Notes under the pieces: generated by a model
What the model saw: the letters and a program-made list of their open reading frames with translations, nothing else
The model's database searches: none
Told to the model about the DNA's origin: nothing
Program-made: the position numbers and the translations under genes
Part shown: positions 1-10,026 of the stretch, in pieces
Numbering within the stretch: the stretch's first letter is position 1
Layout: the number at the start of each line of letters is the position of its first letter
Source: Alphaproteobacteria bacterium
GTDB taxonomy: Bacteria; Pseudomonadota; Alphaproteobacteria; MPNO01; UBA830
DNA: 64,000 bases
NCBI GenBank assembly: GCA_964291215.2
Contig: OZ219791.1
Coordinates: forward strand, 2,176,001 to 2,240,000
Reading direction: 5' to 3'

Positions 1-331
1 GCAACGTCCACCAGACGCGCGGCGAGGTCTGCATGCCGGAATTGTCATAGACCACGACATGGTCGTCGTTGGAGATGCCCAGCCGTTCCACGTGATCGGC
101 GAAGACAGCTTCGTTGGGGAGCATGTGTGGCAGCCTGGAATCCGGGTCGCAGATCGCGTCAATGTCCCAGAACACGGCGCCAGGGACATGGGCGTTCCGG
201 TAATCGGCAATGCCCTCGCGGTCGACAGTCGGAAGGTACCAGGTTGAATCGACGACCCTGAGGTCGGAATCGGCAAGATGCTCGTGCAGCCAACCGGTGT
301 CGACGAGCGCATTCGTGGCGGTGGAGTTCAT
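1..331 (-). CDS. sseA: 3-mercaptopyruvate sulfurtransferase / rhodanese (N-terminal part, runs off window)
   Basis: Manual minus-strand translation MNSTATNALVDTGWLHEHLADSDLRVVDSTWYLP...AHVPGAVFWDID...LPHMLP...LGISNDDHVVVYD...RVWWTL matches the SseA N-terminal rhodanese domain. Confidence 0.85.
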   Translation of the reverse strand, partial: MNSTATNALVDTGWLHEHLADSDLRVVDSTWYLPTVDREGIADYRNAHVPGAVFWDIDAICDPDSRLPHMLPNEAVFADHVERLGISNDDHVVVYDNSGMQTSPRVWWTL

Positions 332-519
332 GGCGGCAGGTTGCTCCTATAGAGTTTGGCTTTCGGACCGTGGCGCCGGGTGCGTGCTCTTCATGCTGTG
401 CCGAAACGGGACCCCGCAGGTCGTGGGTTCTGCCGGCTTTCGGTCTGGCTCTCTCCGGATGCGGCAGGCACAGTGCCCGGAACGGCTTGGCGCGTCAGCG
501 GGACTTTCCGAGCACGCGA

Positions 520-975
520 TTACCAGTATCGGCCGGAGGCGCCGATCGCGGCGTTGACAAGGCCGATTACGAGATTGGTCGTGACCAAGATGCGGATCTG
601 GTCGAGTTGCGCGCCAGCCGCGGGAATGTCGCCGCTTGCCAGCGCTGCGCGGAACCGGCGGTAGGGGGCGAACCACAGGTGAAGATAGATGGCAATCATG
701 ATCCAGCCGATGCCGTGCATCAGGTGCCCGTGGAGGGGAAGGGTTCCGAGACCACCCCATACCGTGAAAATCAGCCAGTAGCCGGTGACGACGAGCACGA
801 TGACCGATGTCCAGACCCACGGAAAGAACTTCCCGAAGACACGGCCCCAGAGCGGGGCGCGCACCGGTGGTTCGAGCTCGCCTGCGGCGAGACGCAGCAC
901 CATGATGGCAAAGAACATGCCGCCGACCCAGATGACGGCGGCAAGCAGGTGGAGCGCAATCGCAACGGAACTCAT
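520..975 (-). CDS. CopD-like four-helix membrane protein
   Basis: HLLAAVIWVGGMFF motif and four hydrophobic segments. Confidence 0.7.
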   Translation of the reverse strand: MSSVAIALHLLAAVIWVGGMFFAIMVLRLAAGELEPPVRAPLWGRVFGKFFPWVWTSVIVLVVTGYWLIFTVWGGLGTLPLHGHLMHGIGWIMIAIYLHLWFAPYRRFRAALASGDIPAAGAQLDQIRILVTTNLVIGLVNAAIGASGRYW

Positions 976-1252
976 CAGTCAGCCAAGGCTCTTCTTTTGT
1001 CATGTTTCGTCCGACGAGGGGCGTTGTAGGCAGATCTGGAGGTCCATTCGGGAGCGGATTTCGTTGTCGATATGCCGGTTCCGACCTTGAGAAGGTGCCA
1101 CCAACTTCAAGAACGGCCACTCTGACACGGTTGTCCGCCGCCGATCGTGACAACAGAATGGTCCTGATCAGTCAGCGCCTCGCTTGATTGGCGGCGCAAG
1201 ATACACTAACCTGAATGCTCGTCCAAACTGGCCCTTCCGGAAAGTTTACGGC

Positions 1253-2095
1253 ATGAAATTCACCGGTACCGACACCTATGTCGCGACCGCGGACCTGATG
1301 ACGGCAGTCAACGCCGCGATTGCCCTTGAACGGCCACTGCTGGTCAAGGGCGAACCGGGGACCGGCAAGACACTGCTTGCCATGGAAGTCGCCGGGGCGC
1401 TCGACATGCCGTTCTTCGAGTGGCACATCAAGTCCACGACCAAGGCGATTCACGGCCTGTACGAATACGATGCTGTTTCGCGGCTGCGCGATTCCCAGCT
1501 TGGCGACGACCGGGTCCACGACATCCGCAACTACATCAAGCGGGGCATGCTTTGGGAGGCGTTCACATCCGACCGCCAGGCCGTGCTCCTGATCGACGAG
1601 GTCGACAAGGCGGACATCGAGTTTCCCAACGATCTGCTGCGCGAACTCGACCGCATGGAGTTCTATGTCTACGAGACCCAGGAGACCATTTCCGCCCGCC
1701 ACCGTCCCGTGGTCATCATCACCTCGAACAACGAGAAGGAATTGCCCGACGCTTTCCTGCGCCGGTGCTTTTTCCACTATATCCGTTTTCCGGATCACGA
1801 AACGATGGAAAAGATCGTCCACGTGCATTTCCCCGATATCAAGAAGCGCCTGCTCAAGGAAGCCCTTGAGCTGTTTTTCTCGATTCGCGACGTGAACGGC
1901 CTGAAGAAGAAGCCCTCGACATCGGAACTGCTGGACTGGATCAAGCTTCTCCTGGCCGAGGATATCGATCCCGAAGTCCTCCGTGCCGATGCCTCCAAGG
2001 CGATTCCGCAACTCCACGGCGCGCTCCTCAAGAACGAGCAGGACGTTCATCTGTTCGAGCGTCTCGCCTTCATGTCGCGGCGGCAGGGCGCGTGA
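1253..2095 (+). CDS. MoxR-family AAA+ ATPase
   Basis: Walker A GEPGTGKT, Walker B LLIDEVDKAD, ELPDAFLRRC. Confidence 0.9.
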   Translation: MKFTGTDTYVATADLMTAVNAAIALERPLLVKGEPGTGKTLLAMEVAGALDMPFFEWHIKSTTKAIHGLYEYDAVSRLRDSQLGDDRVHDIRNYIKRGMLWEAFTSDRQAVLLIDEVDKADIEFPNDLLRELDRMEFYVYETQETISARHRPVVIITSNNEKELPDAFLRRCFFHYIRFPDHETMEKIVHVHFPDIKKRLLKEALELFFSIRDVNGLKKKPSTSELLDWIKLLLAEDIDPEVLRADASKAIPQLHGALLKNEQDVHLFERLAFMSRRQGA

Positions 2096-2116
2096 CGCGG
2101 CGGGGTTCGCGGCGCC

Positions 2117-3310
2117 ATGTTCGTTGAATTCTTCTATCAGCTGCGCGAAGCCCGCATTCCGGTCACGATCCGCGAGTACCTGACGCTCCTCGAAGCGCTG
2201 GACAGGCGTGTTGTCGATGGCGGGGTCGAGGATCTCTATTACCTGTCCCGTGCGGTGCTGGTGAAGGACGAGCGCTGGTTCGACACGTTCGACCTGGTGT
2301 TCGATAATTTCTTCAAAGGCGCGATGCACGACACCGCTTCCCTGTTCGAGGAGAGGATTCCGGAGGAGTGGCTGCAAGGCCTCGCCCGCCAGCTTTTCAG
2401 CGAAGACGAGATCGAAGCCATGAGCTTCGAGGAGCTCATGGAGGAGCTGGCAAAACGGCTGCAGGAACAGGAGCGGCCGCATCACGGCGGAAACCGCTGG
2501 ATCGGCACCGGCGGGACTTCGCCGTTCGGTAATTCCGGGCGCAATCCGGCTGGGGTCAGGATCGGTGGCGAGGGTGGCGGCAAGGGCGCCACCAAGGTCT
2601 GGCAGAAACGCGAGTTCCGCGGGCTCAAGAATGATGTCGAGATCGGCACGCGCAACATCAAGGTTGCGCTGCGCAAGCTCCGCAAGTTCGTGCGTGAAGG
2701 CGCCGAGGACGAGTTCGATCTCGATGAAACGATCCGGTCGACGGCGGATCGCGGGGGCATGCTGGACATTCGCATGCGCGCTGAGCGCAAAAACCGAATC
2801 AAGGTCCTGACGCTGTTCGACATCGGCGGATCGATGGACAGCTTCATCCGCATTTCCGAGGAGTTGTTCTCGGCGGTGCGCTCCGAGTTCAAGCATCTCG
2901 AGTACTATTATTTTCATAATTTCCTGTACGAGCGAGTGTGGCAGCAGAACCGGCGCGGCTACAACGAATGGACTCCGTCTTGGGAACTGATGAACACCTA
3001 CGGTTCGGACTGGAAGGTCATCGTTGTCGGCGATGCGACGATGAGCCCCTTCGAGATCACGGAAGTTGGCGGATCCATCGAACACTGGAACGAGGAACCT
3101 GGCGAGGTCTGGCTCCGCAGGTTCCTCGAGTACTTTCCCGATGCGGTGTGGCTCAATCCTGTGCCTGCCGATCGCTGGATGGGCACGACCAGCATCCGGA
3201 TGACCCACAGGCTCATGGACGGGCGGATGTATCCGCTGACGATCGATGGCCTCGAAGCGGCGATGAAACTCCTGCGCCAGGGGCGTCAAGCTCTGTCGCG
3301 ACTGCACTGA
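2117..3310 (+). CDS. VWA-domain (CoxE-like) partner of MoxR ATPase
   Basis: MIDAS-like DIGGSM, WIGTGGTSPFG and VGDATMSP motifs; adjacent to MoxR gene. Confidence 0.85.
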   Translation: MFVEFFYQLREARIPVTIREYLTLLEALDRRVVDGGVEDLYYLSRAVLVKDERWFDTFDLVFDNFFKGAMHDTASLFEERIPEEWLQGLARQLFSEDEIEAMSFEELMEELAKRLQEQERPHHGGNRWIGTGGTSPFGNSGRNPAGVRIGGEGGGKGATKVWQKREFRGLKNDVEIGTRNIKVALRKLRKFVREGAEDEFDLDETIRSTADRGGMLDIRMRAERKNRIKVLTLFDIGGSMDSFIRISEELFSAVRSEFKHLEYYYFHNFLYERVWQQNRRGYNEWTPSWELMNTYGSDWKVIVVGDATMSPFEITEVGGSIEHWNEEPGEVWLRRFLEYFPDAVWLNPVPADRWMGTTSIRMTHRLMDGRMYPLTIDGLEAAMKLLRQGRQALSRLH

Positions 3311-3356
3311 ACGGACCGGCCGCAGCGGAGCCACTATCAACCGTTTGGAGGACGGC

Positions 3357-3884
3357 GTGCGGAATTTTATGGGATTTCTGGCCAGCGTCGCCATGATGCT
3401 GGCATGCTTGGGCGCCCTTTCGGGCCCTACGCTCGCGCAGCAGCACAGCCACCAGTCCGGCAACGGGCAGGAGGTTTCATCTGGGATCGACGTGCGGTCG
3501 GCCTGGGCGCGGGCGAGCGCAGGTCGTGCCGTAAACGGCGCGGCCTATTTGGCAATCGTCAATTCCGGCACCAGGGGCGATCGTTTGACGGGAGCCGCAT
3601 CTTCGGTAGCCATGCGAACCGAGATGCATGATCATGTCGAGCGAGATGGCGTGATGAGGATGACAAAGCTTGACGGCCTCGACATTCCGGCCGGAAGGAC
3701 GGTGGTCCTCAAACCCGGAGGCCTTCACATCATGCTTCTCCGCCTGCGAAATCCGCTCAAGGCGGGCGATCGGTTTGATCTCGAGCTGCACTTCGGGAGC
3801 GGCGTCACGAAGAAGGTCGAGGTGGAGGTCCGCCCGATCGGTGGCCGCCCGACGCGACACGAGGGCCACGGCGCCTACCGTTGA
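3357..3884 (+). CDS. PCu(A)C copper chaperone
   Basis: Signal peptide, AWARAS, EMHDH...MRM and LKPGGLHIML motifs; GGAGGA RBS before GTG. Confidence 0.88.
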   Translation: MRNFMGFLASVAMMLACLGALSGPTLAQQHSHQSGNGQEVSSGIDVRSAWARASAGRAVNGAAYLAIVNSGTRGDRLTGAASSVAMRTEMHDHVERDGVMRMTKLDGLDIPAGRTVVLKPGGLHIMLLRLRNPLKAGDRFDLELHFGSGVTKKVEVEVRPIGGRPTRHEGHGAYR

Positions 3885-4385
3885 CGACGCGTCACACAGG
3901 TCGCCCGTTGTTTCCGCACGGGGGGCTGTGTTCCTCGGCGGCATCTTTCCTATGGTCATCAGATCTGCCACAAGATGCGCGAGCATCGGCAATACGCAGA
4001 CGCTGAATTATGCTTGGTCTCGAGTCCCGGGATATGTCGGCTGAGCGGGTGGGTTTTCTGCCGCCCGGATAGAAGCGTAGTCAAATCGGCGGCTGCCCGA
4101 GATGGCGTCGGCTGCTCTGAACTTCTTTTCCAAGCAGTCTTTGTATTTGGCCTGATCCGCCGTTCGTTCGGGCAAGTGTGCCTTCGTCTCGCGGCCCTTT
4201 CTCGCGTCGCAAGTCGCGTGCATTGATGGCAGCAGAGGTGAGCGCGCTGAGGGCCGTTTGCTGTACGGGGCTACCGGAAGGTGCCCGCATTCGTGTTCGG
4301 ATCGGCGCGCCCGCATCGAACGCCCGCCGTCCCGGAATTATTGACGATCGACTTCGCTGGGGTCGCGCACTTTTTTTCACGAAAG

Positions 4386-5932
4386 GTAACTGCTCACCCC
4401 CTGGTTCCGGCTTGATGTCGGGGTAGAGTAACGAACGGGTTTTCGTGGAGATTTGACACTGCAGGCCGATTCGTTTAGTGGTGGTCATCGAGAACGACGG
4501 GGACCGCCAGTGGGCTACTTTGGATCGAAGGCGACGAGCGGGCTGTGCCAGCTGCTTCCGGGGCTCCAGCCCCCGCATGATCTGTATGTGGAAACGCATC
4601 TCGGAGGCGGCGTGCTGATGAAGCGCAAGGCCGGGCGGCGGAGTACCGGAAGATGCCGCCGGGCGAGCGCCAGGCGATGCTCGCGACGATCATGACCGTC
4701 GAGGCCGGGTGATGGCGACGGGCGGCGCGCGAGGAGTTCGAAGCGGCCAGGACCGCGGCGCTGCCGGCAAGGTGTCGGAAGAGGCCGTGATCCTCGACAT
4801 CCTCATCGTCGTCCTTCTGGAGAAGACCACGCACGAGCCGGAACTCCGGTCTGCCGCCGTCACAGACGGACAAGAGCGTGCCGGGAGCAACGGCCCGAAG
4901 CCGAACCAGCAGATGGGCGACAACCTGCGCAAGACCATCGTCGAGGAAACGGTCGCGGTCGATGCCTGCGGCGCTGACGGCGTCGACCCCGTCGGGCGCC
5001 GCACGACATCGTGTTCGAGGTCGTCGAGCGCCGCGCCGAGATCAAGGAATGCCCGAAGTGCAAGGCCCGGACCAAGGGCCGGTTCCCCGACAACATCCCG
5101 TGCAGTACGGCATCCAGGCCCTTGTCATCAACCTGCTGGTCGCCTAAATGCTGTCCCTGCGCCGTGCCGTCGCGCTCGTGCAGGCGATCTCCGGCATTAA
5201 GCTCTCCAAGGCAACCTGTCTTGGCTATGCTTTCACGATGCGTCATGGGAGGAGGCCGCCGTGGCGCACCTCCTGCAACGCCCGATGTCGACGATTTCGG
5301 ATCAACGGCAAGTGGCTCCATGTCGTCACCGACGGAACCCTGACGTGCAAGTTCCCGCACCGCAAGCAAGAGATCGGCCCGTGCTACAAGGGCGTCCTGG
5401 GCCTCGTACATGGCAGTGTAGCCACCAGCTGTGCGGCAGCCACCTGCTGCGCGAACTGACCTTCGTCGTCGAGGCTACCGCGCGACTGATGAAGAGCCTG
5501 CTCCGCAAGGTTTGCCCAAGATCAACAAGAGCGCATCCAGGACCCTGAACGAGGCCGGGCGCAAGCGCACCATCCTCACTTAGGGCGCCAAGGAACTGCC
5601 CGACATCCCGACGAAAGGAAAACGCATCGCAAACGCGCACAACCTGCACGAACGTCTCGTGAAACACGAAAACCTGCGCTTCACAGACGACCCCGACGTC
5701 AGCTTCACCAACAATGCCGGAGAACAGAAGATCAGGATGGCAAAGGTCAAGGTGTCCGGATGCTTCCGCTCCACGCAAAAGCATGGTGCCGGGGCTCAAG
5801 CTACCTCACCTCCATGGCCGCACTCGGCTACAATCATCACGTCGCAACCCAGATCGCCCTCGACGGAAAAGCCGCAGACATCATCAACGAGCACTACGAC
5901 CAATCAGAACCCAACTAGGGGTGAGTAGATAC
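4386..5932 (+). mobile_element. Degenerate IS66-family element
   Basis: TIRs GTAACTGCTCACCCC / GGGGTGAGTAGATAC; 8-bp TSD CACGAAAG (4378-4385, 5933-5940); fragmented TnpC motifs (CPKC finger, QLCGSHLLREL, SFTNNAGEQKIRMAKVK, SGCFRS). Confidence 0.85.
4510..4632 (+). pseudogene. DNA adenine methyltransferase N-terminal fragment inside the IS66 ends
   Basis: MGYFGSKATSGLCQ...PPHDLYVETHLGGGVLMKRK resembles the Dam/D12-class SAM-binding N-terminus. Confidence 0.6.
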
Positions 5933-5969
5933 CACGAAAGATAATAGCGGATGCGCTTTACATCGAGAG

Positions 5970-6282
5970 TTGGATTGGACGGTCGGAGCCGTGTCGGCCG
6001 TCGACGCTGGGATTGCAGCCTTGCCAGTGGCATTGCGCACCCTGCCGCTGCGACTGCCGGAGACGGTGAAGAATGGCGGGCTGGAAACTCTTCGCGCACC
6101 GTATGTCAGGCACCTGGAGGGAAAGCTCCGGTGGCTTCGGGTGTGGGCAGAAAGCGGTATCGCTCGGGAGCTCCGCGTGACGGCGGGTGGAGGTGGTGCA
6201 CGTTTTCTCGAAGAAAGCGCGCAAGGCGCCGCGTCGAGCGCTCGCGACCGCCAGGGAACGACTGAGGCAGGTGGCGCCATGA
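5970..6282 (+). pseudogene. RelE/HigB (Gp49-like) toxin, frameshifted
   Basis: PYVRHLEGKLRWLRV...GIAR motif; native C-terminus VVHVFSKKARKAPRRALATARERLRQVAP* lies in another frame and ends in an ATGA overlap with the antitoxin. Confidence 0.7.
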
Positions 6283-6563
6283 TGAAAATGAAGGATCCGA
6301 AGGCGCGCCTCATGGAAGATGTCGAGTTCCGAGACGAATACGCGCGCGCAGATGGGGAGTATGCGCTAATCAAGGCGCTGGTGCGTGCCCGCACGGCGAC
6401 GAAACTAACTCAGGCGGAACTTGCCCGGCGGCTTGGCACGACGCAATCCGCGGTTGCGCGGCTGGAGGGCGGCCGGGTGTCGCCGTATTTCGCAACCCTT
6501 CGCCGCTATGCCGAGGCAACCGGCACGTGGCTGACCGTGAGGTATGTGCCGGCGGACGGCTGA
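6279..6563 (+). CDS. XRE-family HTH antitoxin (HigA-like)
   Basis: LTQAELARRLGTTQSAVARLEGG HTH; downstream of toxin. Confidence 0.8.
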   Translation: MMKMKDPKARLMEDVEFRDEYARADGEYALIKALVRARTATKLTQAELARRLGTTQSAVARLEGGRVSPYFATLRRYAEATGTWLTVRYVPADG

Positions 6564-6781
6564 CGCATGCGACGGGCCGGTGGCTGGGGCGGACGGAGTG
6601 GCCGTCGCCTCAATCCATGAGGAACGTTTCGATAAGGCTTGATGGCCGAACCAAGCTGTCGAAATCGTTCGCATCCGAATGCCTGGATTAATCGGGTTTG
6701 GGCAATCGCAAATCTCTTACGGCGGAAAAGCGCTGCAGAGGGCCGTTGCTTGGGGGCCTTGTGACGCTCTCGGATTTCGCT

Positions 6782-7306
6782 TCAGGCTGCGCCCGGCTTG
6801 CCGGGGTTTTCGTGGCCGCAGGATGGGCAGACTCTGAGCGCCGCATCGCCGTAGTATTCTTCGAAGACCGGCGGGAGGTCGCGGACGAGATCCGTGACCT
6901 CGACTTCGCGGCGATGCACCCGGTCGTCGCACTTCTCGCAATACCACTCGAACGCGTCGAGTTCGCCGGGCTGTCGGATTCGCTCGATGACGAGTCCGAC
7001 TGTCTCCGCGGGGCGCTGCGGTGAATGGCGGGTATGGGCCGGTAGCATAAGAATCTCGCCCTCCCGTATCGGCACGTCCGTCGGTTTACCGTTGTCGATG
7101 ATGCGGAGCGTCATGTCTCCGCGCAACTGGTAGAAGAACTCGTCGCCCGGATCGTCGTGATAATCGGTCCGCACGTTGGGTCCGCCGACGACGGTGACGA
7201 TGAACTCTCCATCCTCCCAGATCTGGGCGTTGCCGACCGGCGGTTTCAGCAGATCGGCGTGGTCGTCGATCCAGCGGGAGAGATTGAGCGGGAGCGGAGC
7301 GGGCAT
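6782..7306 (-). CDS. nbaC: 3-hydroxyanthranilate 3,4-dioxygenase
   Basis: LLKPPVGN, VGGPNVRTDYH, HSPQR, WYCEKC and CPSCG rubredoxin-like Cys pairs. Confidence 0.92.
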   Translation of the reverse strand: MPAPLPLNLSRWIDDHADLLKPPVGNAQIWEDGEFIVTVVGGPNVRTDYHDDPGDEFFYQLRGDMTLRIIDNGKPTDVPIREGEILMLPAHTRHSPQRPAETVGLVIERIRQPGELDAFEWYCEKCDDRVHRREVEVTDLVRDLPPVFEEYYGDAALRVCPSCGHENPGKPGAA

Positions 7307-7339
7307 CTCGGCCTCCTTGATTTCAGGTGCTGCGATACT

Positions 7340-7744
7340 TCAGTCGCACAACGCGATGCACTCGATCTCGATGTCGAACTCCCAGGGCCACGATCCGACG
7401 GTCACGAAGGTTCGCGCAGGAGGCGCGTCCGGAAAGAACTTCCGGTACTCCTCGTTCACGAGGTCGAAATAGCCGGAGTTCGAAATATAGACATTCACCT
7501 TGACCACGCGGTCGAATGACGAGCCCGCAGCGCGGAGCGCCCGACCGACATTCTGGAGGCTGATCCGTGTCTGGCGCCGAATGTCGCCGTTGATTACCTT
7601 GCCAGTCTTTCTGTCGATCGGCGGCAGCCCCGAGACGAACACGAAGCCGTTGGCCTTGACGGCGGGCGACAACGGCACCCGCGCCTTCTCCAACGCTTCG
7701 GAGATTCCGGGAACGGCTATGCACTGTCTGTCGGACTGGGCCAT
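7340..7744 (-). CDS. RidA/YjgF-family deaminase
   Basis: FVFVSG, VVKVNVYI, PPART and EIECIA motifs. Confidence 0.85.
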   Translation of the reverse strand: MAQSDRQCIAVPGISEALEKARVPLSPAVKANGFVFVSGLPPIDRKTGKVINGDIRRQTRISLQNVGRALRAAGSSFDRVVKVNVYISNSGYFDLVNEEYRKFFPDAPPARTFVTVGSWPWEFDIEIECIALCD

Positions 7745-7760
7745 GGCTTTTCTTCCTGTT

Positions 7761-8093
7761 TCACGAGGTTGTGCGGTGTCGAGCATAGTAGAAGTCTTCG
7801 GGAAGTGCGTCGATAGCTCCGTCCATCGTTCGCGCCGTTGCCAGAAGCCTTTCCGAACGGCCGTCATGCAGCGCATAGATTCCGGTGTCTGTCCTGCACA
7901 GCCTGTAGCTTGCATAAGGCTGACGGCTGCGATCACCTGAGTAAAGAAAGACCTGTTCGCGTCCGTCTCGTTCGATGCGGTCGTAGCGGCACCATCTGTG
8001 CATGGCCCAGACCTTCCGCTGCAGCGCCTCAAGCTTCCTCGCGTCTGCGGGGGTGAATCTGGTCAGGTCGAGTTCGACAACCTTTTCGGACAT
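7761..8093 (-). CDS. Hypothetical protein
   Basis: 110-aa ORF with host-like codon usage, co-oriented with ridA-nbaC. Confidence 0.55.
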   Translation of the reverse strand: MSEKVVELDLTRFTPADARKLEALQRKVWAMHRWCRYDRIERDGREQVFLYSGDRSRQPYASYRLCRTDTGIYALHDGRSERLLATARTMDGAIDALPEDFYYARHRTTS

Positions 8094-8399
8094 GGGCGAA
8101 GGATACAGCGCTCGGCATGACGAGGTCCACGACGGATTTTCACGCGGCCCCGGGGCGTTCAGGTTGGTGCAGGCGAGATGACGGCAATAGCGCATCTTCC
8201 TGTCGATTGGGACGCAACCGCTCCGGCGACGCGAGTTCGATGTGATTCAGTGGACAAGGGAACGCTCGCGACCGGTGCAAATTTCCTATTTCCGGCCGGG
8301 CGATTCTCCCTCAGGACTTTTCCCCTCTGCCCCTCTCGATTCCGCCTGGGAACAGCTTCAGTCCCTTCAACATCGAGCTTATGCAACGCCCTTGTCGGC

Positions 8400-9430
8400 T
8401 TCAAGCCACTATTCCGCCGTCGCGCGGCATGGACCCTGCTGCACGTTGCGGCTTTGGAACGCAGATGGTCAGGGCGGTTTCACTTCAAGATTACCTCCGT
8501 CGGCGATCCCAAGACTTTCCGAATGTTGAGCCGCACCTTCTGAACATCTTCGTTGCATGTCGCGCGAAAGTCCGTGCCCTTCGGGAAGTACTCCCGCACC
8601 AGGCCGTTGGTGTGCTCATTCAAGCCGCGCTCCCAAGAATGGAAAGGCGAAGAAGAAATCTGCATCAAGTGCGACACGCCTGTGGTCTGCGAACTCTTTG
8701 CCGTTGTGATTGTGTGGACCAATAGCGTACCAGAGCCGAGCAGGCGGATCATGACCGAACCAACCGTGTCTTTCTGTCCACCCAGCAAGGTGTATTTCGT
8801 GGCACGAGCGACACGACAGCTCCACTGTGAGCTTTGCCGATGATGGCCCCCAGTTGCCGACCCGTTCCTTTGCCTCCGCAGGGCGCTCGGAAATGTCCAC
8901 CCGGCCGGAATGGCATCCGCCCTTCCAGTTCGGCTTCTTGCCGCGCCGCCGAAGCTTCTTCCACAAGACGCCCCCGGCTCTCCGATCTTCATGAATGCGA
9001 TCATAGATCCGTTGCCGACCCACGGCCCTCCAGTCGAAAACGGCCGCTGCTCGGGGCCCTCCCGCAGCTTTTTCTGAGCTTCAACCCGAGGCGTCAACCG
9101 CCAGGAAACAGACGAGGCTGCCCTGCGGCGCGTTTCTGCCATCCTTTGCGCCTGCTTGTGACGGTAACCCCGTCCCCCGGTGTTGCGCTTGATCTCCCGG
9201 AAAATTGTTGAACGGCCCAGCTGCCGAGCAATCGCACCTTGTGAAAGACCGCTTTTCTGTAACGCCTCAATCTGACATCGCTCTTCGTAGGTGACGGTAG
9301 CCTTTGGACATGAACAAGCTCCCTTCATCTTGTACAGAAACTCTCGCCGCTGCTGGACAGCTCCGCAACATCATGCGTCTAAAAACACATGGCCACAGCC
9401 CATCATGTGTTGCACTTCACTATGGAACGG
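8400..9430 (-). mobile_element. IS30-family transposase pseudogene
   Basis: HTH_38 (ERCQIEAL...IARQLGRSTIFREIKRN) and SWERGLNEHTNGLVREYFPKGTDF motifs split over several frames; ends approximate. Confidence 0.85.
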
Positions 9431-9517
9431 GGGAATGACTGCTGAACGGGGTACAAATTTTTGCATTCTTACCAGGTGTTTCGGCTGCGGTAACCCGTGG
9501 ACGGCCCCGCGGCCAGA

Positions 9518-9708
9518 CACGACGATCCCACGCTGCTAATCCAGCGGCGACCGGCGAGATTTTTCGGTCTGCGTCGCGCTGCAATCGTGCCGCCAAGGCT
9601 CAATGAGACCTTCTCGGCGCGAAAATTGCGATCAAGAGGCGATCTGTGATGACGCGAGCCCCAACGCACTCGGATTTCGCGTCTCGGAATCAGCATGGGA
9701 TCACCGTG
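9518..9708. mobile_element. MITE with ISAs1-like element ends, 191 bp
   Basis: Ends CACGACGATCCCA / TGGGATCACCGTG; 9-bp TSD GCGGCCAGA (9509-9517, 9709-9717); homologous to 34172-34312. Confidence 0.8.
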
Positions 9709-10026
9709 GCGGCCAGAAGATCCGCTAGGGTTGGGTCTGTGCAACCTCCCTCCATCAGCAGTCGGCAAGATCGAATGCAGCGTAGGAAAGTCTCGGACTC
9801 TCCCTTGCGGCCGTTTGCCAGGAGCGTCGAATGGCGCTACCCACGCCGGGGCTGGAGATTTCTGCGGATCGCCGTAACTGGCCGCCGGAGGCCATGTGTC
9901 GTATCATCGGGGGTAAGCGGAAGGTTCGACGGGACGCGTCCGTGCAGAGGTCGGGCGTGGCAGGCTGCGGGAGCCCAGGTTGCCATCGGCCTTGTCTGAT
10001 GCACCTTTGCACGACCGGAGAGCCGC

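Noticed and set aside
1172-3463. 763-aa minus-strand ORF
   Set aside because: Antisense shadow of the MoxR/VWA genes, typical of high-GC DNA, with no motifs
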